Positions 30,901 through 38,506 of a DNA stretch of 64,000 nucleotides are shown here, piece after piece. Numbering within the stretch: the first letter of the stretch is position 1; every line of letters starts with the position of its first letter. The DNA lies in the NCBI GenBank assembly GCA_035631315.1, contig DASQIZ010000115.1:2846-66845 (forward strand), written 5' to 3'. The stretch is from Gemmatimonadales bacterium (GTDB taxonomy: Bacteria; Gemmatimonadota; Gemmatimonadetes; Gemmatimonadales; GWC2-71-9). Both the position numbers and the translations under genes were made by a program. The notes under the pieces were generated by a model that saw only the letters and a program-made list of their open reading frames with translations, did no database searches and was not told where the DNA came from.

Positions 30901-31056
30901 ACGAGGATCCGGGTGCGCGTATTCCCGGCGGACGCGGACGTAGTCGCTGCGCCGCCACCGGATTTCCACGTAGCGGTACTCAGCCGGCAAGAAGGAGGGA
31001 TCGGCATCCCGCGCCCGGCGTAGCAGGGCGAGCGCGCTGTCGGAGCGCAGCGCCAT
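27961..31056 (-). CDS. TPR-repeat protein with C-terminal CHAT (caspase-like) protease domain
   Basis: The C-terminus has the CHAT His (DILHLAVHA) and Cys (IVVLSACET) dyad contexts. The long N-terminal region is Ala/Leu-rich and TPR-like. No signal peptide. Confidence 0.8.
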   Translation of the reverse strand: MALRSDSALALLRRARDADPSFLPAEYRYVEIRWRRSDYVRVRREYAHPDPRGGSVTECLALATAGRTTGEHPPDSAAFAGLTRLARRDSSGCSLTYIALMSGWSNAGDTARVSSAEAAWRAAPALSANWLRLSAALAASGRLPEAIRVDQEALTRPWPATALGELYPRAIDDLLSAGDTSSATYLALPFADAEFRDGRPLARVWGCAALKTVRLPLPPSCGLWMAMPASTADWESRLNQIEVRGEVLLDGGLATRAMTTLDSGVVLADSAGWPGPRMRLYTRRGRAESKAGVPERAVRDLLLATALDSLVDDQYWAEAAWHQLAHSYEEQGAWGQAVKAIDRYVALSAGARWSDDRAVARYDAGLIRWEAGWHASADTQFAAMVGVIDDQGTNQYWAGEYFERTGALDRARHYYGEAVRTHHGPGQWYSQALAGLTRIFEALGQSDSAEHAAAQHDSAQLDWVPLDAPLLPAFIARHGHPEEGVRLAERWSTLQAAAGNVQGGALAYNEAAELALRAGDPAAALTDAITAESLAHTIHAVAAGVEASALRGQALLALGRSGEGLAALRTATLTAEAHPLNSEQLNTSLAFARALERMGETRDALSEYARAARAAEHVTAALFEDFDRTRYRAVHLAPFNEAIRLLLASRSPRDVDQILRWSQRRKAVSLAVALAGHDVQRRIPAPLPLLTLRARLSRGEALLDYIVLDSSVTAVVLTNRGSQVTKLPISPEALALAVARLRRPFDHPYAGSVDMARAPYDLDLASHLYQSLVSPLLPALAGITRLAIAADGPLHALPFGALVAALPTSGGYRDTAYLLDRYEIRYLPSAQFLAHDHGAPLATALAVFTDAPGALQEDQALRSVFGPQRLRVLEGTAATETEVRASAPRYDILHLAVHAVANIGDPLASHLRLVPDSANDGFWQLSEIMEERWHLQIVVLSACETMSGPESGGEGMIGLARAFLASGARNVVATQWPVGAPTADLMGTFYRGVALGETPSEALRVAQLRLRHLPNTGNPFFWAAFEVVRGR

Positions 31057-31148
31057 TTCCTGGTCGACCGAGGCGAGCCAAAGGCGGCGAGCGGTGAGCG
31101 AATCCCGCGGGCTCCCGCCTGCGATCAGCGCGAAGAGCGCGAGCTGCC

Positions 31149-31859
31149 CTAGCGTGCGTTCAGCCTCTCGACGCTGTCCGCCAGCGCCGTCGCGGCCGGT
31201 CCGATGCCGGCCGAGGACAGAATTGCCCTCAACTGCAGCAGGGCGCCACTCCCGTCTCCCAGCCTCAAGAGCGCCTTCGCGAGGTAGTACCGGGCTTCGG
31301 GAGTGTACGGCGACTCCCCGAGCTGGACCACCTCGCGCAGAGCGTCACGAGCCGCCCGAGGGTGCTCACGCATCAACTCCGCAGCGCCCAGGAAAAACAG
31401 GGCGGGTGCCGAGTCAGCGCCGGCGGAGAGGACGCGATTCAGCCCATCCGAAGCACGCGCATAGTCATGGACGACGTAGGCGGACATCGCCGCGGTGAAG
31501 ATGGAGTCGGGGGTCGAGGACGCCGTCCGCACGGGCACGCCGAGGTACACCGGCGGCACCCGCACACTGCCGAGTCTGGTCAGCGGAGCGGGTGCACGGA
31601 GCACTACAAGGCTGGCGATGCCCGCCGCAGCCGCCAAACCGATCCCGGCAGCCCAATACCAAGAGCCCCGCCGGGAGCGGGGGTTCGAGAGCGCCGCCCG
31701 AATGGCCAGGCCGAGTGAGACCTCGTGCTGGCACTCGGCGCACGTGATCAGGTGCCCCTCGAATGTCACGATCTCATCGGGGTTCATGCGCCCCGCGACG
31801 TAACGCTCGACCAGTCCCCGGTCCGAAGCGGTCTCATGGGTCAGCGACCCAGTGCTCAC
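31149..31859 (-). CDS. anti-sigma factor (zf-HC2, one TM, periplasmic TPR-like domain)
   Basis: GTG at 31859 after GGAG overlaps the sigma stop (GTGA). HLITCAECQHE zinc-finger motif, TM segment WYWAAGIGLAAAAGIASLVVL, TPR-like C-terminus. Confidence 0.75.
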   Translation of the reverse strand: MSTGSLTHETASDRGLVERYVAGRMNPDEIVTFEGHLITCAECQHEVSLGLAIRAALSNPRSRRGSWYWAAGIGLAAAAGIASLVVLRAPAPLTRLGSVRVPPVYLGVPVRTASSTPDSIFTAAMSAYVVHDYARASDGLNRVLSAGADSAPALFFLGAAELMREHPRAARDALREVVQLGESPYTPEARYYLAKALLRLGDGSGALLQLRAILSSAGIGPAATALADSVERLNAR

Positions 31860-32428
31860 GATCGTGGCTCCTCCGAGGTTCTGTCGCTCGACCCAATCCG
31901 CTCGTGACGTCCGGTCAAGGTGTTGCGGAGACGCTCCAGCGCTCGAGACTTGCGCTTCCGAATTCGGTCGGAGGGCTCTCCCAGGCGCTTGGCAACCTCC
32001 GCCGGTGTGAGGCCCTCGAAATAGCAAAGCCGCAGCAGTTCCCGGTCCGTCGATGGAAGCTGTGCGAGCGCGGTGCGAATTGTTAACCGGTCGCCTGCCT
32101 GTACGAGGGCGTCGAGCGCGCTGGCTTCCATCGCAGGAAGCAGGACTTGACTGTCGCTGTCGAGAGAAACCATACGGCGTTGGGCGCGCTGGAAGTCTAC
32201 GATGACGTGACGCGCGATCCCGGCCACGAACGCCGGGATTTTCGCTGGATCCGAGGGCTGGCCCTTGCCGAGGGCGACGACGGCCCGTGCGAGGCTCTCT
32301 TGGACGACCTCATCGGCCACGTCGGCTGACCCCAGCGCCCGTAGAGCAATGAGACGTAACCCCGGACGCAGGGCTTCGAGGTCCGCGGTGGAGTGAGGCT
32401 CGGGAGTGGGAGCGGCTTCTGTCGCCAC
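31856..32428 (-). CDS. ECF-family RNA polymerase sigma-70 factor
   Basis: Region 2 (ADEVVQESLARAV) and region 4 (LLRLCYFEGLTPAEVAKRLGEPSDRIRKRKSRALERLR). The start is uncertain. GTG 32428 is chosen because ATG 32602 would overlap the divergent lipoprotein gene. Confidence 0.8.
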   Translation of the reverse strand: MATEAAPTPEPHSTADLEALRPGLRLIALRALGSADVADEVVQESLARAVVALGKGQPSDPAKIPAFVAGIARHVIVDFQRAQRRMVSLDSDSQVLLPAMEASALDALVQAGDRLTIRTALAQLPSTDRELLRLCYFEGLTPAEVAKRLGEPSDRIRKRKSRALERLRNTLTGRHERIGSSDRTSEEPRS

Positions 32429-32589
32429 AGTGGCCCTAGGGCGTTGCGCGGCATAAACATCCAGGCACTCTGTGATTTCGGCAAGGCGGGTGAGACGCCA
32501 TCGGCGTCGGTACGGTTGGACCAGGTCACGATTTCGAGAGTCTCCCGACTCTACTGAAGCTGCCAACTGTCGAAACCGAGGACGTACCC

Positions 32590-32952
32590 GTGCTACTCCC
32601 AAGGCTCGCGCGTCTTGTCATGGCGATGTCCCTAGTCGCCTGCCGGAATCCCACGAATCCCGGCCAGGGTGGCTCGACTGGCTACTCCGGAAGTTGGGGA
32701 AGCTTCGTCTACAGTGGGTCCTGTCATCTTGGGTCGTTCGTGGTCTCTGCGTCTGGGAACTTTGGTGCCGGGCCTCCCCCTGATTGCTCGCCGACCGCTC
32801 CGTGGATTGTGACCGGCAACATCGGAAGCGATGGGACGGTTCACGGCACGATTGCCATCCCACACGATTCGAGGGTTCTAGACGGGACCTGCCCCACCAC
32901 GAGTTTCTGCTCCGGCACAGCCGGCGGACTCGTGTTCTCCATGACACGATAG
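32590..32952 (+). CDS. small hypothetical lipoprotein
   Basis: MLLPRLARLVMAMSLVAC lipobox. Lies in a region of visibly lower G+C. Confidence 0.55.
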   Translation: MLLPRLARLVMAMSLVACRNPTNPGQGGSTGYSGSWGSFVYSGSCHLGSFVVSASGNFGAGPPPDCSPTAPWIVTGNIGSDGTVHGTIAIPHDSRVLDGTCPTTSFCSGTAGGLVFSMTR

Positions 32953-32962
32953 CGATTGGAGT

Positions 32963-33619
32963 ATGGCACCCATGGACCGCGGGCGATCCCTGCAGATCAC
33001 GGCATGTACTCTCGCCCTCTTGAACGCCTGCAGCGCGGTGTCCTCCGAACCTCGCCACGGTGAGGCAACACATCTAGAGTTTGTTGTACAGCCAGGGACA
33101 ACCATCTCTGGTGCCGACTCACTTACTCCTACCGTCGAGGTTGCCGTACTCGATGCTGGAGGAGCGACCGTCACTTCTGCAAGTGACACCATCTCCCTCG
33201 AGGTAGGTGATTCTCCTAATGGTGGGTACCTCTCGGGACGCACCGCAATTGCTGCGGCACGTGGTATTGCCCGCTTCCCTCGTGTCATCATGAACGGTTT
33301 GGGGGGATTTGGGTACACTCTTCGCGCACGGTCTCCAGGGCTGGTGGGGGCCGAGAGCGTACCCTTCAACGTCGTCTCGTTGCGCATTGTACCGGCTCAG
33401 TGGTTGGTCCGAGCAGGCAACTCCTTCCAATTTCGAGCGATGGTGCTTGGCACCTCCGATACCACCGTCGCTTGGTCAACAAACGCTGGAACGGTGGATT
33501 CAACGGGGTACTATCGTGCCCCCTCACTCCTGACAACGGACGTGCTCATAGGGGCGTTCAGCGTGCCCTACCCTCACGCTAGAGCGGTCGCAACGGCTGG
33601 ATGTGGCTGCGTACCCTAA
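32963..33619 (+). CDS. hypothetical lipoprotein with Ig-like (Big_2-like) C-terminal domain
   Basis: GGAG ribosome-binding site then ATG. LALLNAC lipobox. The segment IVPAQWLVRAGNSFQFRAMVLGTSDTTVAWSTNAGTVDSTGYYRAP resembles bacterial Ig-like group 2 domains. Confidence 0.6.
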   Translation: MAPMDRGRSLQITACTLALLNACSAVSSEPRHGEATHLEFVVQPGTTISGADSLTPTVEVAVLDAGGATVTSASDTISLEVGDSPNGGYLSGRTAIAAARGIARFPRVIMNGLGGFGYTLRARSPGLVGAESVPFNVVSLRIVPAQWLVRAGNSFQFRAMVLGTSDTTVAWSTNAGTVDSTGYYRAPSLLTTDVLIGAFSVPYPHARAVATAGCGCVP

Positions 33620-33764
33620 CCCTGCGTGCAAGGGAGGCGTCCGCGAATGCGCTTGCTCCTTGTCACGAACTACTCCCGTCATCGACAACCAAGACAGAAC
33701 CTTGGCTTGGGCACATCACGTTCAAGCACAGCCGTTCGGGACTCGACCAGAAAAAGGAGGAGGG

Positions 33765-34166
33765 ATGAGCCGTCGAGGAGCGCTCGTCTTGCTTGCAGTC
33801 ACTTTGTGCACCTCGTCGTGTAGCAGCCTCACCAACTGTGACAAGAGCTACTGCGGCACGATTACCCTCGTTCACACCTCCCTTTCTTGGAGTGCGGCGG
33901 GCTTCGGTTACAACTACAGCGGCTCCGTCGACTTGGGATTCAATCCTGCGCCTCCAGCCAACCTGGCCATCGGTGTCCAACTGAACGGCGCATCGATCGA
34001 CGGTTCTGCAGTAACCTCGGGGTCGACCAGCTTGCACATTCCTGTCTCAGGCAGCTCCGTTGCTTGCCAGTTGACCAACCCTTCGACGTACACGGTCATC
34101 GACACAAATCGACCGAGCCCGGTCCTTGCCTTCCTGACGTTCGACTGGCAGACATCAGGATGCTAA
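33765..34166 (+). CDS. small hypothetical lipoprotein
   Basis: AAGGAGGAGGG ribosome-binding site then ATG at 33765. MSRRGALVLLAVTLCTSSC signal. Confidence 0.6.
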   Translation: MSRRGALVLLAVTLCTSSCSSLTNCDKSYCGTITLVHTSLSWSAAGFGYNYSGSVDLGFNPAPPANLAIGVQLNGASIDGSAVTSGSTSLHIPVSGSSVACQLTNPSTYTVIDTNRPSPVLAFLTFDWQTSGC

Positions 34167-34265
34167 AGACGAGACTCCATGATTTTCGGTGACGGCCAGC
34201 GAGGTGCTCGATGGGGCTCTCAGCTCGTGCAACGGTGAGACAATCGGCATAGCTAGATTTGCAGC

Positions 34266-35261
34266 ATGGCTGGAGCAATACAAGCGGTCGGGCTCTCCAA
34301 ATCCTTCCAAGTCAAAGTCCGCGACTCCGGCCTGAGTGGTGCCCTTCGCGCTCTTTTTCGCCCCAAGTACCGGGATGTACACGCCGTCCGCGACGTCGGG
34401 TTTTCGATCGAGCAGGGGGAAATCGTGGCGTTTCTGGGGCCGAATGGCGCCGGTAAGACCACCACCCTGAAGATGCTGTCAGGACTGCTCTATCCGACCA
34501 AGGGGAAGGTCCGGGTCGTGGGCTTCGACCCGTGGACCGGCGGCTCCGAGTTCAAGAGACGGATCACGCTGGTGCTGGGCCAGCGGCAACAGCTCGTGTG
34601 GGACCTGCCACCGATCGAAACCTTCGTTCTGAACCGCGCCATCTACGACATCGCGGATGCCGACTACAAGGAACGCCTCGACGAGCTCACCACGCTCCTC
34701 GACCTCGGCGCCATCCTCGACAAGCCCGTGCGCCAGCTGTCGCTCGGCGAGCGGATGAAGTGCGAGCTTGCCGCGGCGCTGCTGCACCGGCCGTCCGTGC
34801 TTTTTCTGGATGAGCCGACGCTCGGACTCGACGTCACCGCCCAGGAGGCGATCAGGCGCTTTCTTCTCGCGTACCGGGACCGCCACGGGGCCACGATTCT
34901 GCTCACGTCCCACTACATGCAGGACGTCACGGCGCTCGCGTCGCGCGTACTGATGATCAACCGCGGCCGGCTCCTCTACGATGGCGAGCTCGATGCGCTC
35001 GTCGCCCGGATCGCGCAGGCCAAGAGACTCGAAGTCGTGTTGCAGCGTGAGGTCGGCGAGGACGTGCTCCGTCGCTTCGGCGAGGTCAAGGAGCACCGGT
35101 TCCCCAACGCCGTACTCGAGACTCCCCGGGAGCATGCCGCGGCTACCAGCGCGCGGCTCCTCGCGGAACTCCCGGTGGCCGATATCTCGATCACGGATCC
35201 GCCGATTGAAGAGGTGATCCAGCAGGCGTTTGCGCTCGGCGCGGAGGATGGCGAGTCGTGA
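34266..35261 (+). CDS. ABC transporter ATP-binding protein (ABC-2 type)
   Basis: Walker A GPNGAGKTT, signature LSLGERMKCELAAALL, Walker B VLFLDEPTLGLD. Confidence 0.9.
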   Translation: MAGAIQAVGLSKSFQVKVRDSGLSGALRALFRPKYRDVHAVRDVGFSIEQGEIVAFLGPNGAGKTTTLKMLSGLLYPTKGKVRVVGFDPWTGGSEFKRRITLVLGQRQQLVWDLPPIETFVLNRAIYDIADADYKERLDELTTLLDLGAILDKPVRQLSLGERMKCELAAALLHRPSVLFLDEPTLGLDVTAQEAIRRFLLAYRDRHGATILLTSHYMQDVTALASRVLMINRGRLLYDGELDALVARIAQAKRLEVVLQREVGEDVLRRFGEVKEHRFPNAVLETPREHAAATSARLLAELPVADISITDPPIEEVIQQAFALGAEDGES

Positions 35262-36070
35262 CCGCAGGGGTGCGCATCTGGGCTCGGCGCTACAGCGCCC
35301 TGATGCGGAACGCCTGGATGGTCGACCTCCAGTACCGGGCGTCCATCGTCCTCTGGATCATGTGGGGCGTGATGGAGCCCGCGATCGCCCTCGGCATCTG
35401 GTGGTCGATTGCCGGGCAGGGCGCCGTGGGTGGGTACACCCGTACCGACTTCGCGCGGTACTTCTTCGCGCTCACCCTGATCAACCAGCTCACGATCGCC
35501 TGGGACTCCTGGTACCTGGATCGTTGGATCCGCGAAGGGGACCTGAACTTCAAGTTGCCGCGCCCCGTGCATCCAGTGCATGAGGCGATCGCGGACAACA
35601 TCGCCTACAAAGCGCGCAGTGCCACGGTGCTCCTGGTGATCTGGACGGTCGTGTCGCTGGTCTGGCCGGTGGTGCGTCTGCCCTTCGATCTGAAGACCAT
35701 CGCGATCACTGCCGCCGCGGTGATTCTCGCGGCGATGCTCCGGTTTCTGATCAGCTTCACCACGGGGCTGCTGGCGTTCTGGACCACGCGGGCCACATCG
35801 ATCATGGAGCTGCACGCCGGGATCTCGTTGTTTCTTGCGGGCCGCATCGCACCCCTCTCGCTCCTGCCTCCGGTGGTCGCCGGCATCGCGAGCTGGCTCT
35901 GGTTCCCCTACATGCTCGCCTTTCCAGTGGACGTGCTGACCAAGGCCACGACGGGACATGCCATTCTGCTGGGTTTCCGGGGCCAGGTGATCTGGATTGC
36001 GATCTGGCTGGTCCTGTGCCGCACGGCCTGGAAAGCGGGGATCAAGCGCTATGGAGCCGCGGGCGGATGA
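35258..36070 (+). CDS. ABC-2 family transporter permease
   Basis: Six predicted TM helices. GTGA overlap with the ATPase gene. Confidence 0.75.
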   Translation: MTAGVRIWARRYSALMRNAWMVDLQYRASIVLWIMWGVMEPAIALGIWWSIAGQGAVGGYTRTDFARYFFALTLINQLTIAWDSWYLDRWIREGDLNFKLPRPVHPVHEAIADNIAYKARSATVLLVIWTVVSLVWPVVRLPFDLKTIAITAAAVILAAMLRFLISFTTGLLAFWTTRATSIMELHAGISLFLAGRIAPLSLLPPVVAGIASWLWFPYMLAFPVDVLTKATTGHAILLGFRGQVIWIAIWLVLCRTAWKAGIKRYGAAGG

Positions 36071-36843
36071 GAGTCCTCGGCGCCCTCTGGAAGCTCAACG
36101 CGGCCGAAGAGCTGCAGTACCGGGCGAACTTCGTCGCGTCATTCGCGAGCACCTGTTTCTACCTGCTCACGGCCCTGCTCACGTTGTCGCTCTTCTTCCG
36201 GCACGCGACCAGCCTGGGTGGATGGGACTTCTGGGAGGTCGTGGTGCTCCTGGGGGTGTTCAACGCGCTCTCAGGATTGGTCGAGGCCATTCTCCGTCCC
36301 GGCATCGGTGACCTCGCCGCCCAGGTTCGCTCCGGCAATCTCGATCTCGTTCTCTCCCGGCCAGTGGACGCGCAGGTATTCGTCACGTTCCGTCACATCG
36401 ACATCTGGCGTCTGGCCGACATTCTGCTGGGACTCGGTGTTTCGACCTATGCCCTCGAGCACCTCGGCCATTTCCCGAACGCGATCCAGATCTTCGCCTT
36501 CTTCGTGACCCTCGTCGCGGCGGCGCTCGTGGTCTATGCGATCTGGGTGACCCTGATGAGTCTCGCGTTCTGGTTCGTCTCGGTGGAGAACATCGCGACG
36601 CTGTTCGATGCGGTGTTTGAGGGGGCGCGGTACCCGGTGTCGGCCTACCCGACCGCCCTCCGGTTCCTGTTCTTCTACTTGCTGCCAGTTGCGTGGACCA
36701 CGACCATCCCCGCCTCGGCGCTCACGGGCCGGCTGAGTCTCCCCACGGCGCTGGCTTCAGCGGGAGTAGGGCTTGGGGCGCTGGTGTTTTCGAGGCTCCT
36801 GTGGAGGGCGGCGATTCGGCGGTATACTGGTGCCAGTTCCTAG
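36067..36843 (+). CDS. ABC-2 family transporter permease (second subunit)
   Basis: MRVLGALWKLNAAEELQYRANFV start and multiple TM helices. ATGA overlap. Confidence 0.75.
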   Translation: MRVLGALWKLNAAEELQYRANFVASFASTCFYLLTALLTLSLFFRHATSLGGWDFWEVVVLLGVFNALSGLVEAILRPGIGDLAAQVRSGNLDLVLSRPVDAQVFVTFRHIDIWRLADILLGLGVSTYALEHLGHFPNAIQIFAFFVTLVAAALVVYAIWVTLMSLAFWFVSVENIATLFDAVFEGARYPVSAYPTALRFLFFYLLPVAWTTTIPASALTGRLSLPTALASAGVGLGALVFSRLLWRAAIRRYTGASS

Positions 36844-36862
36844 CCCCCTACCGGAGCCCTCG

Positions 36863-37297
36863 ATGCGTCGATCGCTGATCGTGACCGCCCTCTGCCTCCT
36901 CGCCGGGCGGTCAGTTTTTGCCCAGGACCGGCACTACATCGCTCCAGCGCGTGACACGGCCACGCTGCCGTTCAGTGGCGCGGTGCAGGTCGGGGGCACG
37001 CTCTACATCAGCGGTACGATCGGCCTCCTCCCCGGCCGCAAGGTGCCCGACACCCCAGCCGCCGAGGCACGTCTGGCGCTCGACGCCGTGAAGAAGACGC
37101 TGGCGGATGCAGGCATGACGATGGACGACCTGGTTTCGGTGCAGGTCTTTTGTTCCGACCTCTCGACCTACGCCGAGTTCAACAAGGTGTACCGGACGTA
37201 CTTCACGAAGGAGTTTCCGTCGCGCGCGTTCATTGGTGTCGCCCATCTCCTCTTCGACGCACGGTTTGAAGTCCAGGCCGTAGCAGTGAAGCGGTAG
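36863..37297 (+). CDS. RidA/YjgF/L-PSP family protein with N-terminal signal peptide
   Basis: GTLYISGTIG, AGMTMDDLVSVQVF and PSRAFIGVAHL are typical RidA motifs. The N-terminus MRRSLIVTALCLLAGRSVFAQ looks like a signal peptide. Confidence 0.8.
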   Translation: MRRSLIVTALCLLAGRSVFAQDRHYIAPARDTATLPFSGAVQVGGTLYISGTIGLLPGRKVPDTPAAEARLALDAVKKTLADAGMTMDDLVSVQVFCSDLSTYAEFNKVYRTYFTKEFPSRAFIGVAHLLFDARFEVQAVAVKR

Positions 37298-37301
37298 CGC
37301 C

Positions 37302-37568
37302 ATGTTCGTACTCGGCACTATCCTCGACGAAGCAGGGCAGGTCTGCTGCAAGGACGCCAAAGTGTCCCTCGAGACCGTCGAGCGGAACGGTCGCACCGAG
37401 TGGTACGCGACCGTGTCGGCGAGTGTGGGCACACCGATGATGGCGGGGCAGAAGTACCGGCTGGTGCTCAACGACGGCCGCTCGGGCGAGTGCATGGTCC
37501 GCCGCAATACGTCGGCGAGCCTCGAAGAGCGTGCGATTTCCGTTTGGGGGATGGGGACGCTTCACTAA
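37302..37568 (+). CDS. hypothetical small protein (88 aa)
   Basis: Starts 4 nt after the RidA stop. G/C-rich third positions. Its stop lies in hairpin 37565..37593. Confidence 0.45.
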   Translation: MFVLGTILDEAGQVCCKDAKVSLETVERNGRTEWYATVSASVGTPMMAGQKYRLVLNDGRSGECMVRRNTSASLEERAISVWGMGTLH

Positions 37569-37593
37569 CCCCGGGGCATGGCCCCGGGGTTAG
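37565..37593. terminator. bidirectional perfect hairpin CTAACCCCGGGGC-atg-GCCCCGGGGTTAG
   Basis: 13-bp perfect inverted repeat between convergent genes. It contains the TAA stops of both genes. Confidence 0.6.
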
Positions 37594-37922
37594 TGCTGCC
37601 AGACTCCGTAACCGTCGGCCCGGAGCTGCTTGGCGAGTATCCGTTCCATTCTCTCCGCTTCCTTCCGCGGCATTGGATTCACCCCTTCGTACAGGTCGGG
37701 TCGGAGCTTCACGCCGTACTTCCGCACGTACGTGTTGTCCCACACGCCGTACTTGTGCCGCTCGAAGCGGATCTCGGGCGTGAGTCCGGTCATGCCGACG
37801 TAGAGCAGGGGCTTTTCCGAGTCCCGGTTCGGATTGGCCCGCCGGAACTTGATGTGCTTCCAGGCCTCCGGCGCGAGCTCGATCACGTAGACGTGGTGTG
37901 TTCTCGCAGGCTTCCGCGGCAT
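37590..37922 (-). CDS. small GIY-YIG-like nuclease-fold protein (110 aa), tentative
   Basis: HVYVIEL ... LYVGMTG ... RFERH ... EAERMER spacing resembles GIY / YIG / Arg / Glu of GIY-YIG domains. Confidence 0.45.
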   Translation of the reverse strand: MPRKPARTHHVYVIELAPEAWKHIKFRRANPNRDSEKPLLYVGMTGLTPEIRFERHKYGVWDNTYVRKYGVKLRPDLYEGVNPMPRKEAERMERILAKQLRADGYGVWQH

Positions 37923-37966
37923 CGGGACAAGATAGAGTGCCGCCGCCTCCGGACGCACAACGCCTG

Positions 37967-38506
37967 CTAGCGAAGCGAGAACGACACTCCCAGGAGTAGC
38001 CGGCCGCCTGCTCCGGACGTGATGACCGGCTGAACAGCCGCGTTCAGGTCGACCTTCTTCCACCGCTCCTCTGGCTGGGTCACTTGGCTGATGTCGCCCA
38101 CCAGCCACGCCACGAGGCTGCCGCCCGCCAGTCCGCCAAGGAGACCACCCAGCACGCCCTTGGGGCGGGCATTGGCTCCCCAACCGGTCGCTCCGTAGAC
38201 CGCTCCTCCGGCGGCTCCAACCAGGGTCGCGGCCTCCGCCCATCCCTCGTGCGTCGTGACCATCTCAATGCCCAAACTCCGTTCGAACTTCTGGACATCG
38301 GACCGCAGAATGTGGGCCTCGGGCGTCGAGTCGTCAGGTTGCACGGTGACGGTCGAGGAGTCGAGTGCCGTCAGCCGTCCCTGGTAGTGGAAGCCGAGCA
38401 CCGTCGTGACGCGCACACGGGCGCCGATCGGCACCTGCGCCCCGCCGCGCGTTGCCGTCAGCCCGCCCATGATCAAGGCGGCGAAGGCGATCGTCGTGGT
38501 CTTCAC
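37967..38506 (-). CDS. hypothetical secreted/envelope protein with glycine-zipper region
   Basis: GTG at 38506 overlaps the upstream stop (GTGA). Signal VKTTTIAFAALIMGGLTATRGGAQ. Gly-rich segment GAAGGAVYGATGWG...GGLLGGLAGG. Confidence 0.6.
   Translation of the reverse strand: MKTTTIAFAALIMGGLTATRGGAQVPIGARVRVTTVLGFHYQGRLTALDSSTVTVQPDDSTPEAHILRSDVQKFERSLGIEMVTTHEGWAEAATLVGAAGGAVYGATGWGANARPKGVLGGLLGGLAGGSLVAWLVGDISQVTQPEERWKKVDLNAAVQPVITSGAGGRLLLGVSFSLR

Noticed and set aside
31057-31347. Possible upstream extension of the CHAT gene encoding a hydrophobic QLALFALIAGG segment
   Set aside because: The frame is open back to the stop at 31345-31347, but it contains no ATG, GTG or TTG before 31056. 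Only a rare CTG start could use it.
32429-32602. Long form of the ECF sigma factor starting at ATG 32602
   Set aside because: It would add 58 non-conserved residues and overlap the 5' end of the divergent lipoprotein gene, leaving no promoter space. The GTG at 32428 is preferred, but this is unproven.
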